Counted from the stretch's first letter, positions 9,305-19,028 are shown. The stretch is DNA of 64,000 nucleotides from an uncultured bacterium (GCA_964483365.1 CAZABL010000006.1:6859-70858), one strand, 5' to 3'. Translations and numbers: made by a program. Notes: a model not told the origin generated them from the letters alone.

Positions 9305-10444
9305 TCAGTAGCCGTACACCGCCAATCCGATTTGGGAGCCGGCAGGCTGCGGTACAAACGCTTGACCCGTCGTCGGGTCGACTGCGATCGAGTGCGCATT
9401 GCTGCTGGTCTTGATCTGCTGGAGAATCGTATTCGTCCCCGCATCGATGATGACGAGCACCGGTCCTGCCGGGTTGTTCCGACAGGCGAGGAAAAAGCGA
9501 TTGTCACCCGGGTTGTACCACGTCTGATCGGCGCCGCCGACGCCGGTGAACGTTGCGACCGTCGAGCCGTTCGCTGCATTGATGATCATCAGCTGCGACG
9601 TTGCCGTACATCCAAGCACGAGATGCTCGTTGGGCCCAAGCGCCGTTCCGGCCGGGTTGCACCCGGTGACCGGGAAGACGTTGACGATCGGATTATTGGG
9701 CTTGGTCGGATCGATGACGTCGACCTCGCCGCCGGGATTCGCCGTCGTTGACGGAAGCGCGAGCACGAACTTGTTCTGGCCGGGATCCCATGTCGGCTGC
9801 TCCGCGCCGTTGTCCGCCGTCGGCAGCGGGAACGAACCCAGGATCTGGTACGGCGGCGTCGCGCTGAAGAACGTGCCGAACGGCGGGCACGACGCGTCGT
9901 TGATGGCCAGCACGACGTTGTCTTTCGGATCGTACGCCATCTCGTCGACGCGCTGGTTCGGTCCCGGGGTGCAGAACGACGGTGCCGCTCCGCTGTAGGG
10001 ATTGACCGTCGGGATCGTGGCGAGCAGCGTGTTGCTGATCACGTTGACGATCTTCATCGTGCTGTCGCCGTCACCGGCGAAGACGACGCCGTTCCCGACC
10101 GGGACGACACCGTTGGGGCCGCCCGTGTTGCCGGAGCCGCCGGCGAACTTCCCGGCGCCCGCAACCGTGACGAACGTATCGCTCGTCGTGTCAACGACGT
10201 CGATCCCCTTGTTGGTGCGGTCAGCGAGGTAATAGCGGTGCGCGGCGCCGTCGACGAAGCCGATGTCAAAGCTCCACGTCCCGCTCGCCGGCGGCACGTT
10301 CGGGACGGGGACGGTGCGGACGAGCGTGTAGGTGGTCGGAGCCGGGGTCGCGACCGGCGGGTGGGTGCTCCCAGTGCCGGCACACGCGGCGAGCGTCAGC
10401 GCGGCCGCTGCAGCAGGGAGCAGGCGAAAGCGAGATTCGATCAA
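9305..10444 (-). CDS. YVTN-like beta-propeller lipoprotein, paralog A
   Basis: ORF 9305..10444 with a TTG start 8 nt after GGAGG. It has a lipobox-like LTLAAC. Repeats have the form VIDAGTNTILQQIKT..AHSIAVDPTTGQAFV, as in YVTN repeats. Confidence 0.75.
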   Translation of the reverse strand: MIESRFRLLPAAAAALTLAACAGTGSTHPPVATPAPTTYTLVRTVPVPNVPPASGTWSFDIGFVDGAAHRYYLADRTNKGIDVVDTTSDTFVTVAGAGKFAGGSGNTGGPNGVVPVGNGVVFAGDGDSTMKIVNVISNTLLATIPTVNPYSGAAPSFCTPGPNQRVDEMAYDPKDNVVLAINDASCPPFGTFFSATPPYQILGSFPLPTADNGAEQPTWDPGQNKFVLALPSTTANPGGEVDVIDPTKPNNPIVNVFPVTGCNPAGTALGPNEHLVLGCTATSQLMIINAANGSTVATFTGVGGADQTWYNPGDNRFFLACRNNPAGPVLVIIDAGTNTILQQIKTSSNAHSIAVDPTTGQAFVPQPAGSQIGLAVYGY

Positions 10445-10483
10445 GGGGGCACCCTCCGGAAGAAATATTTAATGCAATATGCA

Positions 10484-10513
10484 ATTATGCGCAGGAAGGC
10501 GACCTCTTGCCAA
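10484..10513 (-). promoter_or_regulatory. Putative sigma70-type promoter of lipoprotein gene A
   Basis: The minus strand reads TTGGCA (10513..10508), an 18-nt spacer, then CATAAT (10489..10484). An AT-rich leader follows, containing the palindrome AAATATTT (10463..10470). Confidence 0.3.
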
Positions 10514-10544
10514 GTAGGCACAAGGCTGGTCTAGGGGTCGATCG

Positions 10545-10620
10545 TCAGGCTTGGGAGACGGCGCGTAACGGGCGGGGCGGGGCTCCCGGCATCAGCGAGC
10601 CCGCGTGGTGGAGCGGGTCG
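10545..10620 (-). pseudogene. Relic copy of the last 76 nt of lhr
   Basis: 10545..10620 aligns base for base with 11942..12017 (the lhr stop codon plus the preceding 73 nt). I count about 9 mismatches. There is no upstream helicase coding sequence attached. Confidence 0.6.
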
Positions 10621-10634
10621 TTTCATGCAAGCAA

Positions 10635-10663
10635 ATGGCCTGCGACGGTGTGTCGCAGGCCAT
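10635..10663 (-). terminator. Terminator-like hairpin downstream of lipoprotein gene B
   Basis: ATGGCCTGCGAC-ggtgt-GTCGCAGGCCAT forms a perfect 12-bp stem, 29 nt after the stop at 10692. Confidence 0.5.
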
Positions 10664-10691
10664 GTGCACGCAGCAGAGACGCAGGTTCTTG

Positions 10692-11843
10692 TCAGTATCC
10701 GAAAACGGTCAGTCCGATCTGAGAACCGGAGCGCTGCGGAACGAAGATTTGACCGGTCGTCGGATCGACCGAGATCGAGTGCGCGCCGCTCGTGATCTTG
10801 ATCTGCTGCAGGATCGTGTTCGTCCCCGCATCGATCACGACGACCACCGGACCCGCGGGCCCCGTGTTGTTCGACGCAGCGACGAAGAAGCGGTTGTCGG
10901 TGGGGTTGTACCAGGTCTCGTCGCCGCCGCCGACACCGCTGAACGTCGCGACTGTCGAGCCGTTCGCGGCATTGATGATCATGAGTTGTGTTGTGGCCGT
11001 GCAACCGAGAACGAGATGCTCGTTCGGCCCGAGCGCGGTCCCGGCCGGATTGCAGCCCGTCACCGGGAAGCGGTTGACGATCGGGTTGTTGGGCTGCGTC
11101 GGATCGAGAACGTCGACCTCGCCGCCGGGGTTCGCGATCGTCGACGGGAGCGCGAGGACGAACTTGTTCTGTCCCGGATCCCACGTCGGCTGCTCCGCAC
11201 CCGCATTCGCCGTCGGCAGCGGGAACGAGCCCAAGATCTTGTACGGCGGCGTCGCGCTGAAGAACGTGCCGAAGGGTGGGCACGACGCGTCGTTGATCGC
11301 GACGACGACGTTGTCTTTGGGATCGTACGCCATCTCGTCGACGCGCAGATTCGGGCTTCCCGGCGTGCAGAACGAGAGAGCCGGTCCGGTGTACGGATTG
11401 ACGGTCGGAATCGTCGCGAGCAGCTGATTGCTGATCACGTTGACGATCTTGAGCGTGCTGTCGCCGTCGCCGGCGAAGACGACACCGTTGCCGACCGGGA
11501 CGACACCGTCCGGTCCGCCGCTGTTTCCGGAGCCGCCGACGAACGCGCCGGCGGCTGCGACGCCCAGGAGCGTATCGGTCGACGTGTCGACGACGTCGAT
11601 CCCTTTGTTGGTGCGGTCGGCGAGATAGTAGCGGTGCACGGGACCGTCGACGAAGCCGATGTCGAAACCCCAGCTCCCGCTCGCGGGCGGCACGTTGGGG
11701 ACGGCGACGGTGCGCACCAGCGTATAGGTCGTTGGCGCGGGGGTCGCGACCGGCGGCCCGCTGCCGCCTGCGGTGCTCGAGCAGGCGGCGAGGGTCATCG
11801 CGGCCAGCGCCGCAGGAAGAAGGCGGTAGCGGAAGTCGTTCAA
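10692..11843 (-). CDS. YVTN-like beta-propeller lipoprotein, paralog B
   Basis: ORF 10692..11843 with a TTG start 7 nt after GGAGG (11855..11851). It has the lipobox-like MTLAAC. It is colinear with paralog A, and the same four Cys positions are conserved. Confidence 0.75.
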   Translation of the reverse strand: MNDFRYRLLPAALAAMTLAACSSTAGGSGPPVATPAPTTYTLVRTVAVPNVPPASGSWGFDIGFVDGPVHRYYLADRTNKGIDVVDTSTDTLLGVAAAGAFVGGSGNSGGPDGVVPVGNGVVFAGDGDSTLKIVNVISNQLLATIPTVNPYTGPALSFCTPGSPNLRVDEMAYDPKDNVVVAINDASCPPFGTFFSATPPYKILGSFPLPTANAGAEQPTWDPGQNKFVLALPSTIANPGGEVDVLDPTQPNNPIVNRFPVTGCNPAGTALGPNEHLVLGCTATTQLMIINAANGSTVATFSGVGGGDETWYNPTDNRFFVAASNNTGPAGPVVVVIDAGTNTILQQIKITSGAHSISVDPTTGQIFVPQRSGSQIGLTVFGY

Positions 11844-11941
11844 GTGGCGCCCTCCAGAAAGAAATATTTAATATACTTATTTAGGCGCCTTGAAGCCGCC
11901 CTCTTGCCAAGCGGGCACCCGGCCGGTCTAGGGATCGGTCG

Positions 11942-14900
11942 TCAGGCGTGCGAGACGGCGCGCAGCGGGCGCGGTGGGGCGCCCGGCATCAACGAGCCCG
12001 CGTGGTGGAGCGGGTCGTAGGCGGGGACCTCGACGGTCTCGCCGTCGTCCCCGCTGCGCCGGGCGGCGCGCAAGGCGTCGATCGCCTCGGGGACGGCGAA
12101 CTGCTCGCCGACGTAGCCGGCGACGAAGCGTCCGCCCCGGATCTCGCCGCGCGCCTCGAGCCGGCGCAACGCGGCGAGGAGCTCGCGCCAGGGCGGCGCG
12201 AGCGTCTCGCGCGCGACGACGTCGCGGAAGACGATCCCCCAGCGCGCGAGGAGTCGCCGAGCGAACGCTTCGGGATCGAGACGCTCCGTCTCCGAGCGCA
12301 GGAGCGACCAGCGGCCGCCCGAAGAGCGCGGTCGCGCGCGATGCCCCTTCTCCCCGAGCCGGCGCTTGCGATCGGCGAGCGCGCGTAGCGCATCGAAGCC
12401 GTCGGCGGTGACCACGCCCGCGGCGACGAGCTGCCAGAGTGCTTCCTCGACCTCGGCGGGGAGACGTTTGGTCGCGCGCACGATGTCGGCGAAGAACGGT
12501 GCGCCGCGTTCGCCGATCGCCTCGAGCACCTCGCGCGCTGCGTGCGAGAGTGCCGCGGTGTCGTACTCGTTGCGCACGATCAACTCGCCCGCGTCCTCGC
12601 GTGCGAACAACGCGATCGGCGCGAGCTTCGTCGGCCGCACGCTGCGACGCCGTTCACCGGCCGGCTGCGCGAGCGCGGGATGCGGCGAGAGCCGGCCCCA
12701 CATCACGTCGCCGGCGTAGCAGAGCTGATCGAGGTACTCGCGTTTGTAGCCGGCGACGCGCGCGGGCAACACGCTCGCCTCCCACGCGGCGGCCGGGATC
12801 TCGTAGCCTTCGAGCTGACGGATGACGTGGAGCGTGCCCTCGATGCCGTGCAGGCGCGACGACGGGGTGACGTGCTGCCAGCGATACAGGAAGCGCACGT
12901 AGTCGGCCGTGCTGACCGGCGCGATCTCACGGCGCAGTGCGCCGAGTGTGAGGCGATGGATGCGCGCGAGGACGCGGCGGTTGCACCACTGTTCCTCCGC
13001 ACCGCCGTTGAACCGTCCGCGCAGCACCTGGCCTTCGGTCTCCAGGCGAATCAGTGCGATCTCGATCGTCTCCGGCGTCACGGCAAAGCGCGTCGCGAGC
13101 TCAGCAACGGTGATTGGCCCACTCGACTCGAGCCAGCCGCGAAGGATCTCGGCAAACGCATCCTCGAGGCGATCGGGGAGCGGCTGCGACGGGGTCAGCG
13201 CGGCGATTTCCGGCGTTGCGCTCGCGTCAGGATATGCGACGCGCGCGAGTGCGAGCCGCTCGGCGGAGGCCCAAAACGTCGCGCCGTTCGCGTGCAGCGT
13301 GGTCGCACGTCCGTCGGCGACGAGCTCGTCGAACCACGCCGACCACGCTTCGACCGGCGGAACGACGACGAGCGTCGCGAGCGCGTCGTGCAGCTCGTCG
13401 GGATCGCGCACCAGCGGCCACGACGATTCCGCGACCTCGGCGATCACCGCGGGATCGAGGATCCCTACGCCGTCGGCGTCCTCACGCGTCGTACGGCGTA
13501 GCGTCACCGCACGCGCGCGGCGCTCTTCGAGCGGCGCGTCGTCCAGGTATGCGAACGGGTTGGCGTTGAGGATCTCGTGACAGAACGGTGACGGCTCCGC
13601 CGTGTCGACCGCGACCGTGCGGATCTCGCCGCGTTCGAGCCGCGCGAGGATGGCGAGCAGACCGCGCAGATCCATCGCCTCGTGCAAGCAGTTGTCGATC
13701 GTCTCACGGACGAGGACATGGTCGGGGATCCGAATCGGGCCGGTCAGGTTTTCGCCGCATGCCGCGGCGTCGGGGAAGCATGACGCAAGCAGATCGTCGG
13801 CGCGCATCCGTTGCAGCTGCGGCGGGACCTTGCGGCCGCCGCGCATCCGCAGGATCGCAAGCGCGCGCGTCGCGTTCCAGCGCCAGCGCGCGCCGAACAT
13901 CGGCGCGTCGAGCAGCGCTTGCGTGAGCGTCTGCTCGACGCTCGCCGTCTTGACGTACTCGAAGACGATCTCGAGCGGAAACGCGTGCTGATCGGTCAGC
14001 GAGAGGCAGATCCCGTTGTCGGTCGCCGCGGCCTGCAGCTCGAGGTTGAACGAGCGGCAGAACTTCTTGCGCAGCGCAAGTCCCCACGCGCGATTGATCC
14101 GTGCACCGAACGGCGTGTGCAGGATGAGCTGCATCCCGCCGCCCTCGTCGAAGAAACGCTCGGCGACGATCGTCGTGTCGGTCGGAACCGCACCCAAGAT
14201 CGCCTTGCCGGCACGCACATACGTGATCGCCTGCTCCGCGCCGGCTACGTCGAGACCGCACTCCTCGCGCAGGAACGTCCGCGCCGCCGCGTCGTCGCGC
14301 TCGTCGATCGCCGCGCGCAGCGCCGCGACTTCGTGTGAGAGCTCGATCGTACGACCGGGGCCTTCGCCGTTCCAGAACGGGATCGTCGGCGGTGCGCCGT
14401 GCGCGTTCTCGACCCGCACCACGCCGGATTCGACGCGCCGGATCATCCACGACGTCGTGCCGAGCAAGAAGACGTCGCCGGCCATGCTTTCGATTGCGAA
14501 ATCTTCGTCGAGCGTGCCGACGACGTGGCCGTCGGGTTCGGCGACCACGTTGTAGTTCGCGGTCTCGGGGATCGCGCCGCCCGAGGTGATCGCCGCCATG
14601 CGCGCGCCGCGCCGCGCGCGCAGCCGTCCGTTCACGCGATCGTGATGGAGAAACGCGCCGCTGCGGCCGCGCGATGTCGCCACGCCGTCGGCGAGCATCG
14701 TCACGACGTCGTCGAAGTCTTTGCGCGTCAGGTCACGGTAGGGGTAGGCGCGCCGCACCATCGCGTAGAGCGCGTCGACGTCCCAGTCGTCGGTCGCACA
14801 CGCCGCGACGAGCTGCTGCGCGAGGATGTCGAGCGGTGCGCTCGGGATCGTCAGCGCGTCGATCGCGCCGGAGCGAATCGCGCGGACGAGTGCCGCGCAT

Positions 14901-16045
14901 TCGAGCAGCTCGTCGCGCGTCGTCGCGAACAGCCGTCCCTCCGGCTTCGCACCGACCCAGTGGCCCGAGCGCCCGATGCGCTGCAGTGCGACCGCGATCG
15001 AGCGCGGCGAGCCGAGCTGGACGACGAGCTCGATCGCGCCGATGTCGATCCCCAGCTCGAGCGAGGCGGTTGCGACGACCGCGCGCAGCTCGCCGTTCTT
15101 GAGGCGGTTCTCGGTGTCGAAGCGCGTCTCGCGCGCGAGGCTGCCGTGATGCGGGAGGACGACGCCTTCGCCGAGCCGTGTCGCAAGCGCGAACGCGACG
15201 CGCTCGCTCATCCGTCGTGTGCCGACGAAGATCAGCGTCGTGCGGTGCGCGCGGATCAAGTCGGCGACGCGGTCGTAGATCTCCGCCCACATCTCGCCGC
15301 TCGCGACCGGCCCGAGCTCGTCGCTCGGCACTTCGACGGCAAGCGTCATCTCGCGACGATGACCGATATTGATGATCTCGGCGGTCGGGCTCAAGAAGTG
15401 CGCGACGTCGTCGAGCGGCCGCACCGTCGCGGAGAGGCCGATGCGCTGCGGCGTGCGGCCGGACTCGCGCTTCACGAGCTCGTCGAGTCGCGCCAGCGTG
15501 AGCGCGAGATGTGAGCCGCGCTTGTCGGCCGCCATCGCGTGGATCTCGTCGACGATCACCGTCTCGACGTGCGTGAGCAGCGCGCGCGACTTCTCCGCCG
15601 TCAGCAGGATGAAGAGCGACTCGGGGGTCGTGACGAGCACGTGCGGCGGCGTGCGCAGCATGCGCGCGCGCTCGGTGGCGGTTGTGTCGCCGGTGCGCGT
15701 CGCGGTGCGGATCGGCGCGAGGTCGCTCCCGCGCTCCTGCGCGAGCGCAAGGAGCTCGGCGAGCGGCGTCTCGAGATTCTTGCGGACGTCGTTGGTCAGT
15801 GCTTTGAGCGGCGAGACGTAGACGATCAGCGTCTGGTCGGGGAGCGGTCCCTCTGCGGCCCGGCGCACCAGGCCGTCCAGCGCGAGCGTGAAGGCGGCGA
15901 GGGTCTTCCCCGACCCGGTCGGCGCGCAGAGCAGCACGTCGCGACCGGCACGAATCAACGGCCAGCCTTGGACCTGCGGCTCGGTCGGCACGCCGAAACG
16001 ACCGGAGAACCAGTCGCCGACGAGCGGGTGCAGCTCCGCTATCAC
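11942..16045 (-). CDS. lhr: Lhr-type large ATP-dependent DEAD/DEAH-box helicase
   Basis: ORF 11942..16045 (1367 aa), GTG start after GAAGGAGAG. It has Walker A CAPTGSGKT, DEIH, and the long Lhr-specific C-terminal extension. The N-terminus (LHPLVGDWFSGRFGVPTEPQ) is typical of Lhr. Confidence 0.85.
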   Translation of the reverse strand: MIAELHPLVGDWFSGRFGVPTEPQVQGWPLIRAGRDVLLCAPTGSGKTLAAFTLALDGLVRRAAEGPLPDQTLIVYVSPLKALTNDVRKNLETPLAELLALAQERGSDLAPIRTATRTGDTTATERARMLRTPPHVLVTTPESLFILLTAEKSRALLTHVETVIVDEIHAMAADKRGSHLALTLARLDELVKRESGRTPQRIGLSATVRPLDDVAHFLSPTAEIINIGHRREMTLAVEVPSDELGPVASGEMWAEIYDRVADLIRAHRTTLIFVGTRRMSERVAFALATRLGEGVVLPHHGSLARETRFDTENRLKNGELRAVVATASLELGIDIGAIELVVQLGSPRSIAVALQRIGRSGHWVGAKPEGRLFATTRDELLECAALVRAIRSGAIDALTIPSAPLDILAQQLVAACATDDWDVDALYAMVRRAYPYRDLTRKDFDDVVTMLADGVATSRGRSGAFLHHDRVNGRLRARRGARMAAITSGGAIPETANYNVVAEPDGHVVGTLDEDFAIESMAGDVFLLGTTSWMIRRVESGVVRVENAHGAPPTIPFWNGEGPGRTIELSHEVAALRAAIDERDDAAARTFLREECGLDVAGAEQAITYVRAGKAILGAVPTDTTIVAERFFDEGGGMQLILHTPFGARINRAWGLALRKKFCRSFNLELQAAATDNGICLSLTDQHAFPLEIVFEYVKTASVEQTLTQALLDAPMFGARWRWNATRALAILRMRGGRKVPPQLQRMRADDLLASCFPDAAACGENLTGPIRIPDHVLVRETIDNCLHEAMDLRGLLAILARLERGEIRTVAVDTAEPSPFCHEILNANPFAYLDDAPLEERRARAVTLRRTTREDADGVGILDPAVIAEVAESSWPLVRDPDELHDALATLVVVPPVEAWSAWFDELVADGRATTLHANGATFWASAERLALARVAYPDASATPEIAALTPSQPLPDRLEDAFAEILRGWLESSGPITVAELATRFAVTPETIEIALIRLETEGQVLRGRFNGGAEEQWCNRRVLARIHRLTLGALRREIAPVSTADYVRFLYRWQHVTPSSRLHGIEGTLHVIRQLEGYEIPAAAWEASVLPARVAGYKREYLDQLCYAGDVMWGRLSPHPALAQPAGERRRSVRPTKLAPIALFAREDAGELIVRNEYDTAALSHAAREVLEAIGERGAPFFADIVRATKRLPAEVEEALWQLVAAGVVTADGFDALRALADRKRRLGEKGHRARPRSSGGRWSLLRSETERLDPEAFARRLLARWGIVFRDVVARETLAPPWRELLAALRRLEARGEIRGGRFVAGYVGEQFAVPEAIDALRAARRSGDDGETVEVPAYDPLHHAGSLMPGAPPRPLRAVSHA

Positions 16046-16155
16046 GCTCTCTCCTTCAACCCGGATCGCGGGTGATCAGTTCGGCCTAGCCGGGCGATAG
16101 GAGGCGATCAGGGGAACTGCTGTATCCCTAGGGCGAACGACAGAGCGGTCAGCAC

Positions 16156-17640
16156 GTGGCACGTCTGTTTCTGACGGTGCTTTTTTGCGCCGTCCTCACG
16201 ATCACGCTCGACCGCCCTCCGGCGGCTGCTGCGGCGCGCACGGTAACGCTCTCCGCCCCCGGTGGTCCGGCGATCGTCGTCGGCCCGACGGACGCCGAGC
16301 TCATGACGGTGACGGTCGATGGCGTGACCCGCCGTTCCGGGCGCCACGAGCCGACCGGGGCGCCGCCGCTCGGCCACAGCGTCACCGCCGTCCCGTTGCC
16401 GGCCGACCTGCGCGCCGGCGAGCCGGTTACGGTCACGCTCGAGCCCGCCTCGGCGGGCGAGGTGCGCATCATCCGCGACGAGCCGATCTACGACGAGGCG
16501 GTCGTCGGCGCGCGGGCGGCCGGTGTCACGCTGGGCGTTCTGCTCGCTATTGTGTTGCTGCAAATCGGCGCGTTTGCGATCGTGCGCGAGCCGAGTATCC
16601 CGTGGTACGTCGCGTTCGTGATCACGTTCGGTATGATCGAGCTGGTCCGCGACGGCGTGCTGCCGACGTTCGGCCTGCCGCGCGGCGCGATGCTGCTGCT
16701 GCTCGACATCGTCAACGGTCTCGCCGATGTCGGCTTCGTCATGGTCTATCTTCGCCTGTGGCGCGAGGCGAGGGCGTTGTTCTGGTGGACGATCGCTGCC
16801 TGCGTGGGTCCGGCGTTCGCCGGCATCGCGTTCGCGTTCATGCCGCACGTCGAGGTCGAGTTCGTGCGCGCGCCGCTCATCCTGCTCGGTTCGGTGGCGC
16901 TGGTCGTCGTGATCGTGTTGCGAGCGCGACGCTTTCCGCCGGCCTGGTACCTCGTCGCGGCGCTGGGGGCAACGTACGCGAACGTCATCTACCGCGTCAT
17001 CCGCTCCGCCCCGCCGTTGGCCGTGCCGTTCCTGGATCGTTGGGGTTTCGAGCTTTCGACGGCGGTCGATGCGGTGCTCTTCGCTCTGGCAATCATCGCG
17101 CGCGTGCGCCACGCGCTTCGCGAGCGACGCCAGCTCCAACTCCAACTCGACGAGGCGACACGCCAGGCGTACCAAGACGAGCTCACCGGCGCGCTCAACC
17201 GCCGCGGTCTCTTCGCGCAGGTCGAGCATGCGTCGCTGCGCGGACTGCTCTTCGCGATCGACATCGACGACTTCAAGACCGTCAACGATCGCTTCGGTCA
17301 CGCCGCCGGCGACATTATCCTCAAGCGCGTCGTCACGGCGCTGCACGAGACCGCAGGTGACCAGGCCGTGATCGCGCGGATCGGCGGTGACGAGTTCATC
17401 GTCGTCGTCCCGGACGCCGAGCCGCGCGAGGCTGCCGCGCTCGCGGACAGCTTTACCGAGACGATCGTCGCGATTCGCGATCCGCTCCACGGCGTGACCG
17501 GTGAACACTTCGGCGCGTCGATCGGCTATGCGGTCCTCGACGGGCAACCGTTCCTCACCGCGCTACGCGCCGCCGACCGTCTTGCCTATCGCGAAAAGGC
17601 GGGCAAACATAGCGCGCGCGCAGGAACGCCGGCAAGCTAA
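16156..17640 (+). CDS. Membrane-bound diguanylate cyclase (7TMR-DISM-like sensor plus GGDEF)
   Basis: ORF 16156..17640 (GTG start). It consists of a signal peptide, an extracytoplasmic segment, about 7 hydrophobic helices, a coiled linker, and a GGDEF domain (RIGGDEFIVVV). Confidence 0.85.
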   Translation: MARLFLTVLFCAVLTITLDRPPAAAAARTVTLSAPGGPAIVVGPTDAELMTVTVDGVTRRSGRHEPTGAPPLGHSVTAVPLPADLRAGEPVTVTLEPASAGEVRIIRDEPIYDEAVVGARAAGVTLGVLLAIVLLQIGAFAIVREPSIPWYVAFVITFGMIELVRDGVLPTFGLPRGAMLLLLDIVNGLADVGFVMVYLRLWREARALFWWTIAACVGPAFAGIAFAFMPHVEVEFVRAPLILLGSVALVVVIVLRARRFPPAWYLVAALGATYANVIYRVIRSAPPLAVPFLDRWGFELSTAVDAVLFALAIIARVRHALRERRQLQLQLDEATRQAYQDELTGALNRRGLFAQVEHASLRGLLFAIDIDDFKTVNDRFGHAAGDIILKRVVTALHETAGDQAVIARIGGDEFIVVVPDAEPREAAALADSFTETIVAIRDPLHGVTGEHFGASIGYAVLDGQPFLTALRAADRLAYREKAGKHSARAGTPAS

Positions 17641-18122
17641 CCGGCGGCGGCGGTGAGCTGCTTTTCGAAGAAGACGCTGGTCGCGATCGCAAGCGGCGGC
17701 ATCGCCGCGTATTGGCCGAAGGCGGCACACCGCCGAAATCCGGCGCGCTCGTAGAGCCGTATCGCGTCGAATTGCCGCTCGCCCGTCTCCAGACGCAGCA
17801 CGTCGAGTCCGCTCTCTTTCGTCTCGGCCTCGATCCGCGAGAGCAAGGCACGTCCGATACCGCGCCCGCGGACGTCGTCGCGCACGTACATGCGCTTGAC
17901 TTCTGCGAACGTCGGGAAGAGCGCGACGCCGCCGCAACCGACGGCAACGCCGACGAGCCGAGCGACGAAGAACCGTATATGCGGTTGGAAGATCGCATCC
18001 AACGACAGCCCGTGCCGTTGGTCGGGATGATACTCCTGCGCGAGGGTTCGATCGAGCTCGTCGATCAGGATGCGAACTTCGTCGGTTGCGGTGCGCACCG
18101 TTTCAACGGTGACCGAGTCCAT
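17637..18122 (-). CDS. GNAT-family N-acetyltransferase
   Basis: ATG 18122 lies inside ORF 17637..18308. The product (MDSVTVETV...) carries the acetyl-CoA motif RGRGIGRALL. It overlaps the upstream phosphoesterase gene by 20 nt. Confidence 0.8.
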   Translation of the reverse strand: MDSVTVETVRTATDEVRILIDELDRTLAQEYHPDQRHGLSLDAIFQPHIRFFVARLVGVAVGCGGVALFPTFAEVKRMYVRDDVRGRGIGRALLSRIEAETKESGLDVLRLETGERQFDAIRLYERAGFRRCAAFGQYAAMPPLAIATSVFFEKQLTAAAG

Positions 18123-19026
18123 CGTTTTTCGTCGCCTTCCAGGCCTGCGAGATCGGCACGGCGCTTGCGGCGCGGCCGGCGTGCGGCAGGCCGTAGAAAT
18201 CCTCGAGCGTGCGCAGCACGCTGTAATGGTCGATCGTCTCGTCGACGAGTCCCGGCGTGACCATCGGTCCGACGAAGATCGTCGGGATGTGATTGCTGAG
18301 CGGCTCATTGCTCTCGTCCCACGTGATGATGATCAGCGTGTCGTGCGTAGCACCCCAGGCGACGACGGGCGCGAGCCGGCGCGCAAGCCAGGCGTCGCCG
18401 TGGCGAATGCTGCCGCTGTGCATGTCGTCTTCGAGGTCGGGGATGACGAACGCAACGGTCGGCAAGCGCGAAAAGTCGTGCGGGAACGCGGTGAACGGCT
18501 GGATCGCGCGATCGGGGATGTTCGTGAAGTGGGTCCACGGCGCGTGCTTGCGCGCGTAGTTGCCGGCGGTGCAGCCGCGAAAGCCCGGCGCGGGTAGCCC
18601 TTCGGCGTAGCCGACGAACGAACGGTGCGCCGCGATCAGCTGCGCGCCGAGATTCGGGGCGTCAGGCGGGATTCCGCGCACGTCGCAACTGTCGCCGTTC
18701 GTATTCGTACGTCCGGAGAAGAGCGCGAAGTAGTTGGGCTGGCTGGGATGCGCGACGCCGTAGGAATGCGTGAAGACGGCACCGCGCTGCGCGAGCCCGT
18801 TGAGATACGGCGCCTGCTTCGTCTTTCCGAGGATATCGTCATACGATTTGTTCTCTTCGATCACGATGACGACGTGTGCCGGATGCGGGAGTGCCGCTCG
18901 CGGAACCGGCGACTCCGTCGGATGCGCGGGTTCCGCGACGAGTCGCGTATGTCCCGAGCTGAAGTAGGACGCGATGAGGGCCGCGATCACGGCCAGCGCG
19001 ATCACGGCGCCGATGACGATGCGCAT
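18103..19026 (-). CDS. Membrane-anchored phosphoesterase-family protein (acid phosphatase / phospholipase C-like)
   Basis: ATG 19026 lies inside ORF 18103..19143. The N-terminal anchor is MRIVIGAVIALAVIAALIASYF. It is followed by VVIVIEENKSYDDILG and PNYFALFSG, typical of the phosphoesterase (AcpA/PLC) family. Confidence 0.7.
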   Translation of the reverse strand: MRIVIGAVIALAVIAALIASYFSSGHTRLVAEPAHPTESPVPRAALPHPAHVVIVIEENKSYDDILGKTKQAPYLNGLAQRGAVFTHSYGVAHPSQPNYFALFSGRTNTNGDSCDVRGIPPDAPNLGAQLIAAHRSFVGYAEGLPAPGFRGCTAGNYARKHAPWTHFTNIPDRAIQPFTAFPHDFSRLPTVAFVIPDLEDDMHSGSIRHGDAWLARRLAPVVAWGATHDTLIIITWDESNEPLSNHIPTIFVGPMVTPGLVDETIDHYSVLRTLEDFYGLPHAGRAASAVPISQAWKATKNDGLGHR

Positions 19027-19028
19027 GA

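Larger units (their letters stand above)
9235..12017. repeat. Tandem segmental duplication (two units of ~1386 and ~1398 bp)
   Basis: Unit 1 (9235..10620) and unit 2 (10620..12017) are colinear. Each contains a hairpin, a beta-propeller lipoprotein gene, an AT-rich leader/promoter and the last 76 nt of lhr. The junction reads gagcgggtcg|tttcatgcaagc. The encoded proteins are roughly 80% identical by eye. Confidence 0.8.

Noticed and set aside
10605-12020. 471-aa plus-strand ORF antisense to lipoprotein paralog B (and 10531..11283 on the minus strand)
   Set aside because: It is a shadow frame with biased composition. Its apparent length is a by-product of high GC content and of the duplicated block.
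16108-17547. 479-aa minus-strand ORF antisense to the GGDEF gene
   Set aside because: It is an Arg/Asp-rich shadow frame with no motifs. The plus-strand frame encodes a coherent 7-TM plus GGDEF protein.
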